The notes beneath the pieces are model-generated. The model was not told where the DNA came from, did not search any database, and was given only the letters and a program-made list of their open reading frames with translations. 64,000 nt of DNA. Source: Candidatus Latescibacterota bacterium (lineage in GTDB: Bacteria > Latescibacterota > UBA2968 > UBA8231). The stretch covers positions 2,816,001-2,880,000 of the forward strand of contig OY730476.1 of NCBI GenBank assembly GCA_963422735.1. The letters run 5' to 3'. The position numbers were made by a program, and so were the translations under genes. Of the stretch, positions 38,230 to 48,600 are shown piece by piece (within the stretch, counting starts at the first letter, position 1; the number at the start of each line of letters is the position of its first letter).

Positions 38230-39468
38230 CTCCGCTGACTCCTGCCGATGGAAATCGTGTCTCGCCACCGGCTCCACAGACTGCAACAGCTTCTTCCACA
38301 ACAGCTCCACGATCCTTCCCCTCTCTACCACCACCTTAACCTCGGCATTCATCCCATACGCCAGCGCATACACCTGCTTCCCATCCCACACCTGCGGATC
38401 GCGAATCGACACTTTTATTGGATAGACGGTGCCCTCCGCAGCGTTTCCCACCACCGGCACAGCCGATACCGCTTCCACCGTCCCCTCAAACACCTTGTAT
38501 TCCGTATGCGGAAACGCATTCACATACAGACGCGCCGGCTGCCCGATCTCTATCTTGGGCAGGTCGGTTTCCTTAACCATAATCCGCGCTAGCCACCCAT
38601 CGGTCTGAGCTAATTCGAGAATCGCTTCTCCCTCTTGGAGACGATCCCCCACCCGCTGCTCCAACTGACCCGCCAGCACCGTGCCCGCCGCCGGTGCCCG
38701 GATCGTGTGCTTGGCCAGTCGGTTTTCCAACCGCCGGCGTTCCTGCTCTATCTTCTCGCGCTGTTTTTCCAAGGTGTGGAGTTCGGCTGCTCGTCCTTCC
38801 ACGGCCTGAAGCCGCTGCTGGATTCGTTCCAGATCGGCTTCTGCCTGCTGCAACAGGGCGTTGCTCAGCCGCACCGGCAGTAGTTGCTCCAATGGCTGGC
38901 GTACCACACGGACGGGCAACACACCGGCCGAGTAGATGCTTTGTTCGGCCACGACCTGCTCCTGTTGGATGCGCATTCGCTCTACTTGCCGCTGGGCATG
39001 GGCGACCTCGGCGTGCCTAATGTTGCGCTCTTGCTCCATCTGCTGCTGAATGGCTCGCTGCTGGCTCTGGTTTACTTCGAGGTCCTTTTCTGTTTTTTGT
39101 AGTTGGATCCGCCAGTCAGTATCGTCGAGCGTGACCAACGGCTGCCCCTTTTCTACCGGCTGCCCCTGTCGGACGTGTATCTGCTGGATGATCCCCGCGA
39201 TCTCGGCCTTGACCCGATGCCGATGCCGCGGCTCGATGACGCCCTTGCCCTCCACGGTCATATCCATGCTGAAATGCCAGCTCAACATGCCGGCGAGCAC
39301 CAGCAAGCACCCCACCAACATCAGAATCACCAAGAGAAAGGAGCGCACGAAACGGAAGCCTGGTCCGTGGAATTCTTCCCCTATACTCAGGACAGTGCGG
39401 CGGCGATCCTGCAATGAGGGACGGTCGTTTTGCACCAGCACTTGGGATTCAGCGGTTAGAGCCGGCAT
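38200..39468 (-). CDS. HlyD-family membrane fusion protein
   Basis: N-terminal TM, VRQGQPVEKGQPLVTLD, coiled coil, IRAPAAGTV, GMNAEVKV. Confidence 0.9.
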   Translation of the reverse strand: MPALTAESQVLVQNDRPSLQDRRRTVLSIGEEFHGPGFRFVRSFLLVILMLVGCLLVLAGMLSWHFSMDMTVEGKGVIEPRHRHRVKAEIAGIIQQIHVRQGQPVEKGQPLVTLDDTDWRIQLQKTEKDLEVNQSQQRAIQQQMEQERNIRHAEVAHAQRQVERMRIQQEQVVAEQSIYSAGVLPVRVVRQPLEQLLPVRLSNALLQQAEADLERIQQRLQAVEGRAAELHTLEKQREKIEQERRRLENRLAKHTIRAPAAGTVLAGQLEQRVGDRLQEGEAILELAQTDGWLARIMVKETDLPKIEIGQPARLYVNAFPHTEYKVFEGTVEAVSAVPVVGNAAEGTVYPIKVSIRDPQVWDGKQVYALAYGMNAEVKVVVERGRIVELLWKKLLQSVEPVARHDFHRQESAEMTSTLGEWH

Positions 39469-40112
39469 CTTCTAACTCCACGCGCTGAAAACAAGGCCCA
39501 GAGCACGAGCCGCCCAAGGTTCCTTTTGTATGAGGAAGGTTCACACCGTTGGTGCCTGCGAGCAACCGCGCATATCGGCGCACACGCAGAGACTCCCAAG
39601 GCATACGGTGCTGCGGCAATAGAGCCGTATAGACTGCTGCTAACCCGGCACCGAATGGAGCACCGGACGTCAGTAAAGCAATCGTCCGGCCCTTGATGGA
39701 ACTTAAGAGATTGTAGCCTAGTGGCTGAAAAATTGAGGGGGGGAGGGAGGGGGAATGGTGGTAAATTTTTGTTTTTTAACGATCTATGGCATCTATTTAA
39801 GGCGAAACCTTGGCACTGGAAATAGGATGAGGTCATTGCGGCAGGCTTTGCTTGCAGCAACGTCATCTCAAATGTGGGGTGATTTATCATCTTCCAGTTC
39901 GTCCTCCGACGGGCGGAACAACCTGTTCCGCTTCAGGGCTACAAGCACAAGGAAACGCCAAAAGGTTTGTCAAGAGAAAATTTTCGCTGGGTTTTGCGAC
40001 GCCGCGGCTGAAGGCGTCAGCGTCAATGCGGGCTGCGAGCCAGTCGGGAACGCAGTTCTGAGCCATCCCTCCTACCTCCCCAAGTGCCCCAGTGACCCGC
40101 TTCTAGGAGCGG

Positions 40113-40140
40113 TTGACAGTAGTACGGCGGGAGATACATT
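40113..40140 (+). promoter_or_regulatory. Putative sigma70 promoter for dtd operon
   Basis: TTGACA-16 nt-TACATT. Confidence 0.4.
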
Positions 40141-40216
40141 TAATTTTTATGGTCGATTTCCTTGGCAAATTTTTCCAGATGCCGACGGCGTCCCCGCTGA
40201 TCTTGCACTCCCTCCC

Positions 40217-40660
40217 GTGAAAGTCCTCGTCCAGCGCGTCAGCCAAGCTAGCGTCCATGTAGATGGCGAGCTCCACGGCCAAATCGGCCAAGGCTTGCTC
40301 CTACTCGTCGGCTTCGGCCCTAACGACGGCGACCAAGCCCTGCGCTTCTGCGCTGAAAAGTGCGCTCACCTGCGCATCTTTGCCGACGACCAAGGCAAGA
40401 TGAATCGCTCGGTCCTCGACATTGGCGGCGGCGTACTCGCCATTTCGCAGTTTACCCTGTACGGCGACTGCCGCAAGGGCCGCCGCCCGAGCTTCGTCCA
40501 AGCCGCCCCACCCCCGGTTGCCCAGTCCCTCTACGAGCACTTTCTCGACCTCCTCGCCGAACAAGGCTTGTCGCCCCAACGCGGCGTCTTCGGCGCTTAC
40601 ATGCAGGTTGAGATTCACAACGACGGCCCAGTCACCTTGATGGTGGAGTCGCCAGCGTGA
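40217..40660 (+). CDS. dtd: D-aminoacyl-tRNA deacylase
   Basis: VQRVSQASV, SQFTLYG, GRRPSF, NDGPVT. Confidence 0.95.
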   Translation: MKVLVQRVSQASVHVDGELHGQIGQGLLLLVGFGPNDGDQALRFCAEKCAHLRIFADDQGKMNRSVLDIGGGVLAISQFTLYGDCRKGRRPSFVQAAPPPVAQSLYEHFLDLLAEQGLSPQRGVFGAYMQVEIHNDGPVTLMVESPA

Positions 40661-41244
40661 AGCCCCTCATCCTCGGCTCGGCCTCGCCCCGGCGCGCCGC
40701 TTTGTTGCGCCAACTCGCCCTGCCCTTTACAGTCGTCCCCAGTCCAGTGCCAGAGCCTGTGCCCGCAACGTTCATCCCGGCCGACTACGCACTCGAATCG
40801 GCCATGGCCAAAGCCCGCGCTGTGGCCGGTTCAGTCGCCGCGGATGCCATCATCATCGCGGCGGACACCATCGTCTGTAGCAACGGCGCGATATTGGGCA
40901 AGCCCGCCGACGCAGCCGATGCGGCCTCCATGCTCGGTCGCCTCTCGGGCAAAGTCCATCAGGTCTATACCGGGTTGGCCATCCAAAGTGGTGAGCAACT
41001 CCTGAAGGAAGCTGTTTGCACCCAAGTGGAAATGCGGCCCTTGACCGCCGCCGACATCGCTGCTTACGTCGCTAGCGGCGAACCCCTCGACAAAGCCGGT
41101 GGCTATGGCATACAGGGGCTAGGGGCGCGCTTTATTGAACGCATCGCAGGTTGTTACTATAATGTAGTTGGTTTACCCTTAGCTCGTCTTTGCGTCCTTT
41201 TGAGCGCGGTGGGGTGCGACCTAAACGATCAGGCGACGAAATGA
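40657..41244 (+). CDS. maf: Maf-family nucleotide pyrophosphatase
   Basis: LGSASPRR, ADTIV...LGKP, DKAGGYGIQ, NVVGLP. Confidence 0.93.
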   Translation: MKPLILGSASPRRAALLRQLALPFTVVPSPVPEPVPATFIPADYALESAMAKARAVAGSVAADAIIIAADTIVCSNGAILGKPADAADAASMLGRLSGKVHQVYTGLAIQSGEQLLKEAVCTQVEMRPLTAADIAAYVASGEPLDKAGGYGIQGLGARFIERIAGCYYNVVGLPLARLCVLLSAVGCDLNDQATK

Positions 41245-42137
41245 GCGAAAAAAAACAACAAACTATCGCAGAAGAATTGTCTGCCGCACGCCAAGCACAC
41301 GGCCTCGACCTAGAAGAAGTCCAGCGACAGAGCGGCATTAGTTCGGTCACCTTACAGGGTATGGAAGCCGGCCAGTTCAATGTGGTTGAGCCGGTATTCG
41401 TCCGCTTAGCCCTGAAAGCATATGCCGAATTCCTCCACCTCGACCCCGAGCCGCTCCTGACCCGCTTCGACCAACAGCACGGCCGGGCCTTCCAGCCTCG
41501 CCAACGCCCTGCAGTCTTACTATCGCAGCCCAAGCCCAAGCGCCGCTTGCGGACGCCGCTGATCGCCATCGGCTTGGTAATAGCTGTCTGCTGCCTGCTC
41601 GTTGTGGCGTATTACTCCTTTGGCGATAAGATGCCCGCACCACTAACGGCCCCGACCCAATCCGCCGCTCCAACACAAACGGATATCACTCCAACCGAAT
41701 TCCAGCCGATAGCCACCCTCAACGACACCCTTCTCGTCCAATCGTCAACTGAGCTGGAGGCTTCTGACGCACCCTCCACCGCAGACACCTCAGCGACCGC
41801 GGCCGCAACTCAAACCACCGAACTCGCTTCTGTCGTCCTCGAATTAGAAGCCCGCGACTCTACTTGGGTGCAGGTTAGCTGGGATGACGCAGCAGATAAT
41901 TTTGAGGGCCTCGTTCCACCCGGCCAGCGCCACCGCTTTGAGGCCCGCGATCACTTCGTCGTGCTCTCGACTCGTCCCCACGGTCTGCGCTATTGGTTGG
42001 ACGGCCAACTACTCGGCGACGGCCAGCTTGGCGACCCCAACCAAGTGCTGCGCTTCCGTGCCGCGGCCGACGGCATTAAGATCCTAGGAACGAATTTACA
42101 GCCCTTCACAGAAGAGGCCCCTGACGCTCAACCATGA
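41241..42137 (+). CDS. RodZ-like HTH/TM/DUF4115 protein
   Basis: N-terminal HTH (LKAYAEFLHLD), TM helix, C-terminal DSTWVQV. Confidence 0.7.
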   Translation: MSEKKQQTIAEELSAARQAHGLDLEEVQRQSGISSVTLQGMEAGQFNVVEPVFVRLALKAYAEFLHLDPEPLLTRFDQQHGRAFQPRQRPAVLLSQPKPKRRLRTPLIAIGLVIAVCCLLVVAYYSFGDKMPAPLTAPTQSAAPTQTDITPTEFQPIATLNDTLLVQSSTELEASDAPSTADTSATAAATQTTELASVVLELEARDSTWVQVSWDDAADNFEGLVPPGQRHRFEARDHFVVLSTRPHGLRYWLDGQLLGDGQLGDPNQVLRFRAAADGIKILGTNLQPFTEEAPDAQP

Positions 42138-44584
42138 TCCAAGGCTACGTAGAGGTCTCCCTGCCGCCACCCGTAGCGCGCGAGTTGACCTATGGAGTAC
42201 CTGCTGAACTCGCCGCTGAAGTTCAGCCAGGGGCCTTGGTGTTGGTGCCGGTGGTCCAGCGCCGACTCACCGGCATCGTCTTGGGGCCGGCTACAATCGG
42301 CGATCTCTCCCCAAGCAAGATCCGCCCTATCGAACAAATTCTCGACACCTCGCTCCTCAGTCCCGAGATCGTTGCGCTCTGCCGCTGGATGGCTTCCTAC
42401 TACATGGCCCCCCTCGGCAGTGCGCTGATGGCCGCCCTACCTATAGGCGTCAAACTCAGTTCCAACCGCCTCGTGCATTTGCGCGAAGCGCCCACTGGCC
42501 ACCACACGGGCATGGAGGCGCAGATCCTTGGTGAGCTGCAGCGCAGCGGCTCCCTCAAGGTCAGCACCCTCAAGCGTCGCCTCGGTAGCCGGGGCTTGGA
42601 AAAGGGAGTGCGCACCCTGCGCCGCAGCGGGCGCATTGAAATCGCACCCGTGCTCGAAGACCGGCGACCCCGTGCCCTGAGCCAACGCCGCTTTCTTTTG
42701 AGCGATGAAACGGCCGCGCATACAGCCATCACCGACATCGAAAAGCGTGCGCCGCGCCAAGCAGCCTGTCTGCGCTACCTGCTCAACCACCCCACGGCTG
42801 TGCGCAGTGAACTGAGCGCAGCCGGCTTTTCCTCGGCCGTACTCAAGGCCCTCGAAGGCCGTGGCTTGATTGAGTCAACTGCCGAGGAAGTCATCCGCGA
42901 TCCCCTCGCCCACATCGCCAGCAGTGCCCCTCCGGACCTCGTCCCTACGGCCGACCAGCAACAGGCCCTCAACGCCCTGTCGGCCGCGCTTGATGCCCGG
43001 GAATTCTATCCGGCCCTGCTGCACGGCGTCACCGGCGCGGGCAAGACCCTCGTGTACGTCCAACTCGCGGCGCAGGCGTTGGACGCGGGACGCGGTGCGA
43101 TCATCTTGGTTCCAGAAATCGCCCTTGCTTGGCAGATGGTGCGGCGCTTCAAGGAGCACTTCGGCGAAGCAGTCGCCGTCCTCCACAGCCAGCTCTCGGT
43201 CGGAGAGCGCTACGACACTTGGCGTCGCTTGCGCCGGCGCGAGCAGCGCGTGCTCATCGGCGCTCGCTCGGCCATCCTCGCACCAGTAGGTGATTTGGGG
43301 CTGATTGTCGTGGACGAGGAACACGACACCTCGTACAAGCAAGAAGACCTAGACAGCAGCCACCCCCTCACCTACAACGCCCGCGACCTCGCCTTAGTCC
43401 GCGGGCGGCACGGCAACGCCGTCGTCGTCCTCGGCTCGGCTACGCCCAGCCTAGAGTCGCACTGGAATGCCGTCACGGGCAAGTACCACCTCCACACCTT
43501 GCCCCGCCGCATCGACGACCGCCCCTTACCGCACGTGACGGTCGTCGATATGAAAAAGGAGCCTTTCCAAAAGCAGCAGCGCACCATCTTCTCGCACGAC
43601 TTGCGACGCAAGATGCAAGATCGCCTTGACCGCGGCGAGAAAATCATCCTATTGCAAAACCGCCGCGGCTTCGCGCCCTTCATTAGCTGCACCGCCTGTG
43701 GCGAGCCAATCCAGTGCTCCAGTTGCCGAGTCTCGCTGACATATCACCGGCGATCCACTGCCTCCGAGATCCGCTGTCACTACTGCGACTTCGCGGCCCC
43801 ACCGCCGCGGGTCTGCCCATCCTGCGGCAGTCCAGAGCTGCGCTTCGAAGGGGTGGGCACTCAACGGGTAGAAAGCGCCCTCTTGGCCCAATTCCCCGGC
43901 ATCCGCGTCATCCGCATGGACGTGGACACCACCGCTTGGAAAGGCGCGCACGACGTGCTCGTCGAGCGCTTCCGCCGCGGCGAGGCCGACGTGCTGCTCG
44001 GCACCCAAATGGTCGCCAAGGGCCTCGACCTGCCCGAGGTCACGCTAGTCGGCGTAATTTCCGCCGACACCGGCATGCACCTGCCCGACTTTCGCGCGTC
44101 CGAGCGGAGCTTCCAACTCCTGACCCAAGTCGCCGGCCGTTCGGGTCGTGGTCACATAGCCGGCGAGGTCGTCATCCAGACGTTTCTGCCCGAAGACGCA
44201 GCTCTGTGTGCGGCTGCAAACCAAAACTACGCGGACTTTGCTCGCGGCGAGCTAGCCCAACGTCAGCAGGCCGGGTTCCCCCCTTTTGGCCGCCTAGTCG
44301 TCTTCCGCTGGCGTGGCCCCTGCGAGCAAGCCGTTGAAACCGGGGCGCAACAGGGCGTGGCCGCCCTGCGGCAGGGTCTCGACGCAGACGCGCTCGTGCT
44401 CGGGCCGGCACCGGCCCCGCTGGCGCGGCTGCGCGGTCACTACCGCTGGCAAGCCCTCTTCCGCGGCCCTTCGGCACACCACTTGCGCACAACGGCCCTC
44501 AGCGCGCTGCCGGCCATGCGCGAGGTCGCCAAAAACCACGCCCTCCACTTTTCCATTAACATCGACCCCCTAACGATGATGTAG
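42134..44584 (+). CDS. priA: Primosomal protein N'
   Basis: HGVTGAGKT, VDEEHD.SYKQ, NRRGF, Cys pairs, GTQMVAKG, QVAGRSGR. Confidence 0.96.
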   Translation: MIQGYVEVSLPPPVARELTYGVPAELAAEVQPGALVLVPVVQRRLTGIVLGPATIGDLSPSKIRPIEQILDTSLLSPEIVALCRWMASYYMAPLGSALMAALPIGVKLSSNRLVHLREAPTGHHTGMEAQILGELQRSGSLKVSTLKRRLGSRGLEKGVRTLRRSGRIEIAPVLEDRRPRALSQRRFLLSDETAAHTAITDIEKRAPRQAACLRYLLNHPTAVRSELSAAGFSSAVLKALEGRGLIESTAEEVIRDPLAHIASSAPPDLVPTADQQQALNALSAALDAREFYPALLHGVTGAGKTLVYVQLAAQALDAGRGAIILVPEIALAWQMVRRFKEHFGEAVAVLHSQLSVGERYDTWRRLRRREQRVLIGARSAILAPVGDLGLIVVDEEHDTSYKQEDLDSSHPLTYNARDLALVRGRHGNAVVVLGSATPSLESHWNAVTGKYHLHTLPRRIDDRPLPHVTVVDMKKEPFQKQQRTIFSHDLRRKMQDRLDRGEKIILLQNRRGFAPFISCTACGEPIQCSSCRVSLTYHRRSTASEIRCHYCDFAAPPPRVCPSCGSPELRFEGVGTQRVESALLAQFPGIRVIRMDVDTTAWKGAHDVLVERFRRGEADVLLGTQMVAKGLDLPEVTLVGVISADTGMHLPDFRASERSFQLLTQVAGRSGRGHIAGEVVIQTFLPEDAALCAAANQNYADFARGELAQRQQAGFPPFGRLVVFRWRGPCEQAVETGAQQGVAALRQGLDADALVLGPAPAPLARLRGHYRWQALFRGPSAHHLRTTALSALPAMREVAKNHALHFSINIDPLTMM

Positions 44585-44593
44585 GCCGTTTCC

Positions 44594-46801
44594 ATGCTCT
44601 TGATCCGCCTTGCTCCACTGTTGTTCTTGGCTCTGCCCGTCCGCGCCCAGCTATCCGGCACCCAATGGGAAGCCTATACCAGTATGCGCCAAATCAACCG
44701 GGTCCTCGTCCACCAAGACGAGGTCTGGGCCGGCACCAGCGGCGGCGTCCTGCGCTACGACCAGCAGATCCAAGCCTATACGCGCTTCACCCGCCGCGAT
44801 GGCCTACCGGGCAACCTCATCTTGAGCCTATCTGTAGATGACAACGGCCACCTGTGGTTTGGTACGGACTCCGAGGGCTTGAGCCGCTATCGGCCCGAGA
44901 AGAACCACTTCGACCCGCCCTTCCTCGACTTCCTCGACCTGCGCATCAATGCCCTTGAGCCTCATGGGGACATCCTCTACGTCGGCAGCGAGCGCGGCGT
45001 CAGCGCGTTTGTCATCAGCAAAGAGGAGGTCAAGGAAACCTATCGCCGCTTAGGGGAGCTGCCCAAAGACACCGAGGTGACCAGCATTGAAGTGTTTGCC
45101 GGTCGTCTGTGGGCCGGGACCGTCAATGGCCTAATATGGGCGGATTTGCACCAACCCAATCTCCAAGACCCCAGCAGTTGGGAAGCCGAGCCAATAAGGG
45201 GCGAGGTCCGCGACATGCTGGTCTATCAAGACACGCTCTTCGTTTCGGCCACGGACGGCCTCTGGCGAGTACATCCCGCGCTTGACCACCCCGAGCTTGA
45301 TTACTCTACTACTAGCAGCGTTGCCCTCGGCCTCTTCGAGGAGCGCATCGTCAGCGCGACGGCCGACGGCCTCTTATTCCAGCGCGAGGGCACCAACCGT
45401 TGGCAGCCGCTCAACGCGCCGAACATCAGCAGCACCGCCGACCTGTCCGATACCAACGGCCCCCTGTGGGTGGCCAGCGCGAACGGCCTGCGCGTCCTCG
45501 GTACCGACCCGCCGCCGCCGCCCCGCGAGCCTATAGGCAACTTCTTCTTCGACATGACCCAGACCGCCGATAGTCATCTGTGGGTCGCCTCCGTGCCCAA
45601 GGACAATCTGCCCGCTTTCGGCCTGTACGAGTTCGACGGCGAGGGATGGACCACCCACACCATGAGGAGCAATCTATCGTCCGAGATCGTGTCGACCGTA
45701 GAGACCGACGCCGAGGGCCTGCTGTGGGTCGGCAATTGGGGTCGGGGCATTGACGTGCGCGACGCCAATGGCCGGTGGCGGAATCTCAACGCCAATAACT
45801 CGGCCCTCGAAGGCATCGACGGCGATACTTTTGTCGCCATCAGCGACATTGACCGCGATGCCAACGGCTCGATGTGGATCGCCAACGTCCGCAATGGGCT
45901 AGTCGTCATGGATGGATGGCCACCCCAACAGGCCGCACTCAACAACCAGTTGGATTTCGGCATGTCCCCGGGCCGGGACATGACCAAAATCGCCATCGGT
46001 CCCGACGGCCTGAAGTGGATCGGGACGGCACTCGACGGCTTTTTCCTATTAGATGATGGCGGCACCCCTTTTGATATTGGAGACGAGATCGGCCTAGTCT
46101 TCGACACAGCCGCGTATCCAGACCTGACCAGCAACGCCGTCATCGATATCCACATCGATCGCTCGGGGCAGGTGTGGGTCGCCACGAACAACGGCCTCAA
46201 TGCAGTGCGCGGCGAGTATTCGCGCACCAACGCACGTTTTGATGTCACAAGCTGGAAGGTGTACAACACCGGCAATGGGCTGCCGTCCAGTGCGACCACG
46301 TCGCTGGCCGAAGACGACTGGGGGCGCATTTGGGTCGGCACCGAAGGCGGCTTGGCCCGCATCGACACCGAGGGCCGAGTCGAGTTCGCACTCGACACCA
46401 GCGACCGCCTCGTCAACAACCGCGTCAACTCGCTTTACTTCGACCAAGACAACGGCGCGCTGTGGATTGGCACGCTCGGCGGGATGAGCCGCCTGCAACT
46501 CGGCGGCTCGGGGATAGTCGCTGGTCCTCAGGCGTACGCGTATCCCAACCCCTTCCACATCGGCGGGCGCGGCACAGCTCTGACCTTTGCCGACCTGCCG
46601 CTGGGGGCCGGTGTGCGCGTTTTCACCGCGGCGGGCGAACTCGTCCGCCAACTCGACAGCGCGGCCGGTCAAGGAGCGGTCACTTGGAACGGCCAGAGCG
46701 CGGCGGGCTTTCTCGTGGGGTCGGGTATTTACTACTTTGTCGCGCAGGCAGAAACCGGCGACGCAGTGCGCGGCAAATTTGCCGTGATCAACAACCGCTG
46801 A
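44594..46801 (+). CDS. PorZ-like beta-propeller protein with C-terminal FlgD/CTD-like Ig domain
   Basis: Signal peptide; repeated D..G.LW.GT..GL blades; AYPNPF...GELVRQL...WNG...SGIYY. Confidence 0.7.
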   Translation: MLLIRLAPLLFLALPVRAQLSGTQWEAYTSMRQINRVLVHQDEVWAGTSGGVLRYDQQIQAYTRFTRRDGLPGNLILSLSVDDNGHLWFGTDSEGLSRYRPEKNHFDPPFLDFLDLRINALEPHGDILYVGSERGVSAFVISKEEVKETYRRLGELPKDTEVTSIEVFAGRLWAGTVNGLIWADLHQPNLQDPSSWEAEPIRGEVRDMLVYQDTLFVSATDGLWRVHPALDHPELDYSTTSSVALGLFEERIVSATADGLLFQREGTNRWQPLNAPNISSTADLSDTNGPLWVASANGLRVLGTDPPPPPREPIGNFFFDMTQTADSHLWVASVPKDNLPAFGLYEFDGEGWTTHTMRSNLSSEIVSTVETDAEGLLWVGNWGRGIDVRDANGRWRNLNANNSALEGIDGDTFVAISDIDRDANGSMWIANVRNGLVVMDGWPPQQAALNNQLDFGMSPGRDMTKIAIGPDGLKWIGTALDGFFLLDDGGTPFDIGDEIGLVFDTAAYPDLTSNAVIDIHIDRSGQVWVATNNGLNAVRGEYSRTNARFDVTSWKVYNTGNGLPSSATTSLAEDDWGRIWVGTEGGLARIDTEGRVEFALDTSDRLVNNRVNSLYFDQDNGALWIGTLGGMSRLQLGGSGIVAGPQAYAYPNPFHIGGRGTALTFADLPLGAGVRVFTAAGELVRQLDSAAGQGAVTWNGQSAAGFLVGSGIYYFVAQAETGDAVRGKFAVINNR

Positions 46802-46802
46802 C

Positions 46803-47456
46803 ATGCGCGGCCTCTACACCGCGCTCGCCATCGCGCTCCTCGCTGTACATAGCCCGGCCCAGCCCCTATTTACCATTGCGCGGCTGCAATACGGCGGCGG
46901 CGGCGACTGGTATAGCGACCCCTCTTCTCTGCCCAATCTGCTCCGCTTCTTGAGGGCGCACACCCAAATCGACGCGGCCGAATCCGAGGCGCGCGTGCAA
47001 ATCATGGATGAGGAGTTGTTTTCCTATCCGTACATCTACATGACTGGGCACGGCAATGTGGCTTTTTCCGCTGAGGAAGCGGCGCGGCTTCGGCACTACT
47101 TAGAAAGCGGCGGATTTCTCCACGCCGACGACAACTACGGCATGGACGAGAGCTTCCGCCGCGCCATGCGCCAAGTTTTTTCCAATGCCGAGTGGGTGGA
47201 GCTACCGCCTGAGCATCCCCTGTTTCACTGCCACTTTGAGCTGCCGGAGGGCCTACCCAAAGTCCACGAGCACGACGGCAAAAGACCGCAAGCCCTCGCG
47301 CTTTTCACGGGCGAGCGCCTAGCCGTGCTGTACACGTATGAGGCGGACTTAGGCGACGGCTGGGAAGACCCCAGCGTCCACAGCGACCCGGAGAGCAAGC
47401 GGCTCGACGCCCTCAAGATGGGTGCCAATATCGCGGTGTGGGCGCTGAGCCACTAG
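46803..47456 (+). CDS. DUF4159 family protein
   Basis: YGGGGDWY, YMTGHGN, GGFLHADDNYG, DLGDGWED. Confidence 0.85.
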   Translation: MRGLYTALAIALLAVHSPAQPLFTIARLQYGGGGDWYSDPSSLPNLLRFLRAHTQIDAAESEARVQIMDEELFSYPYIYMTGHGNVAFSAEEAARLRHYLESGGFLHADDNYGMDESFRRAMRQVFSNAEWVELPPEHPLFHCHFELPEGLPKVHEHDGKRPQALALFTGERLAVLYTYEADLGDGWEDPSVHSDPESKRLDALKMGANIAVWALSH

Positions 47457-47576
47457 CGCCCCGGTCTGAGCCGAAGCAAGACATAAACAGCGAATGCACG
47501 ACGATCCTTTAGCGTCGCATGTTTGAGTAGCACCATCGCCTCCGCTGTCTTCTCAACATGTCTGATGGTGCCGCCG

Positions 47577-47975
47577 TCAACAGCCTCCGAAATGCAGCAA
47601 GCGATACCCCCATAACGCCAGCACGAGGGCGAGTACGCTTCCGGAGAGACCCTTGCGGAGATACGGAGGCAGCGCGAGCCAAGCGCGGCCGAACCGACGC
47701 GGAAAGCATGCCAGACCAAGGGCCAATGGGACGAGGAAAAACGCAAAGGGATGGTAGTGCCAAGCCCCGGCGAGATTGCCTTGTGCGAAGGCTATGCAGG
47801 CGCGCGTCATGCCGCAGCCGGGGCAGGGTAGCTGGGTGAGGAAACGGAAGAGACACAGGGTCGGCCAAGCCTCGCCGGGCACGGGGCTAGACCGCGCCAG
47901 GAATGCAGCGACGAGCACCAGTCCAACGAGGAAAATTCGCGCGAGGTGGACTGGACTAACTGTCGGCGCTTTCAC
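47577..47975 (-). CDS. DUF2752 family membrane protein
   Basis: CLFRFLTQLPCPGCGMTRA...AWHYHP. Confidence 0.8.
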   Translation of the reverse strand: MKAPTVSPVHLARIFLVGLVLVAAFLARSSPVPGEAWPTLCLFRFLTQLPCPGCGMTRACIAFAQGNLAGAWHYHPFAFFLVPLALGLACFPRRFGRAWLALPPYLRKGLSGSVLALVLALWGYRLLHFGGC

Positions 47976-48339
47976 CGTAGAACTTGTTGATTTCCCACTG
48001 CTGGATGGCAGTAGCGGCCAAGCCGAAGGAAAAAATAGAAACTAGGACGCAGATCAACGCTAGGTCTTTGTTTGTGCGCAGATCATTGCTCTCCTGAATT
48101 TCGTTGATGCCCTTCGCCATCTTGTACTCGTAGTAAATCTCAAATATGCTGCACGTTAAAATAAAGAGTACAAGCCAAAGCCAGAAGTTGTACTCCTCGC
48201 GATCGAGCCACGCATTGAGCGTTTCCATCTGTTTGTATTGCCAATAGAAATAGTAAATCCCACACGTCAGAATGCTGACGATTATTCCCAAGACAATGCT
48301 TCTTACTCCGTCGTATTCTGGATACGGGTGGCTCTGCAT
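47956..48339 (-). CDS. DUF4234 family membrane protein
   Basis: SILTCGIYYFYWQYK and repeated ILTCSIF motif. Confidence 0.75.
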   Translation of the reverse strand: MQSHPYPEYDGVRSIVLGIIVSILTCGIYYFYWQYKQMETLNAWLDREEYNFWLWLVLFILTCSIFEIYYEYKMAKGINEIQESNDLRTNKDLALICVLVSIFSFGLAATAIQQWEINKFYGESADS

Positions 48340-48355
48340 AATTGGCTCTCCAGCT

Positions 48356-48562
48356 ATGGGGCGGGAATATAGCCTCTGCTCACTCGCGATCTTACTATGG
48401 CGCTATCCTCACCTCAATCCCAAGGACTCTATCCATGTGGCAACAGCCTTGATCACTGAAGGCATTGACGTATTGCATACTTTTGACAGGGACCTTTTGC
48501 GGTTGAATGGCCAATTGGGACCGCCTCCTCTGCGAATTTCTACTCCAGATATACCAGATTAG
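48356..48562 (+). pseudogene. C-terminal remnant of a PIN/VapC-like nuclease
   Basis: LNPKDSIHVATAL...LHTFDRDL; N-terminal half missing. Confidence 0.55.
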
Positions 48563-48600
48563 CTTACTATTCCGTTTGCATAACTCACTTTGACCCAACC

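Noticed and set aside
39755-40216. Long N-terminal extension of the dtd ORF
   Set aside because: Dtd homology begins at GTG 40217; the upstream part is promoter-like, non-coding DNA
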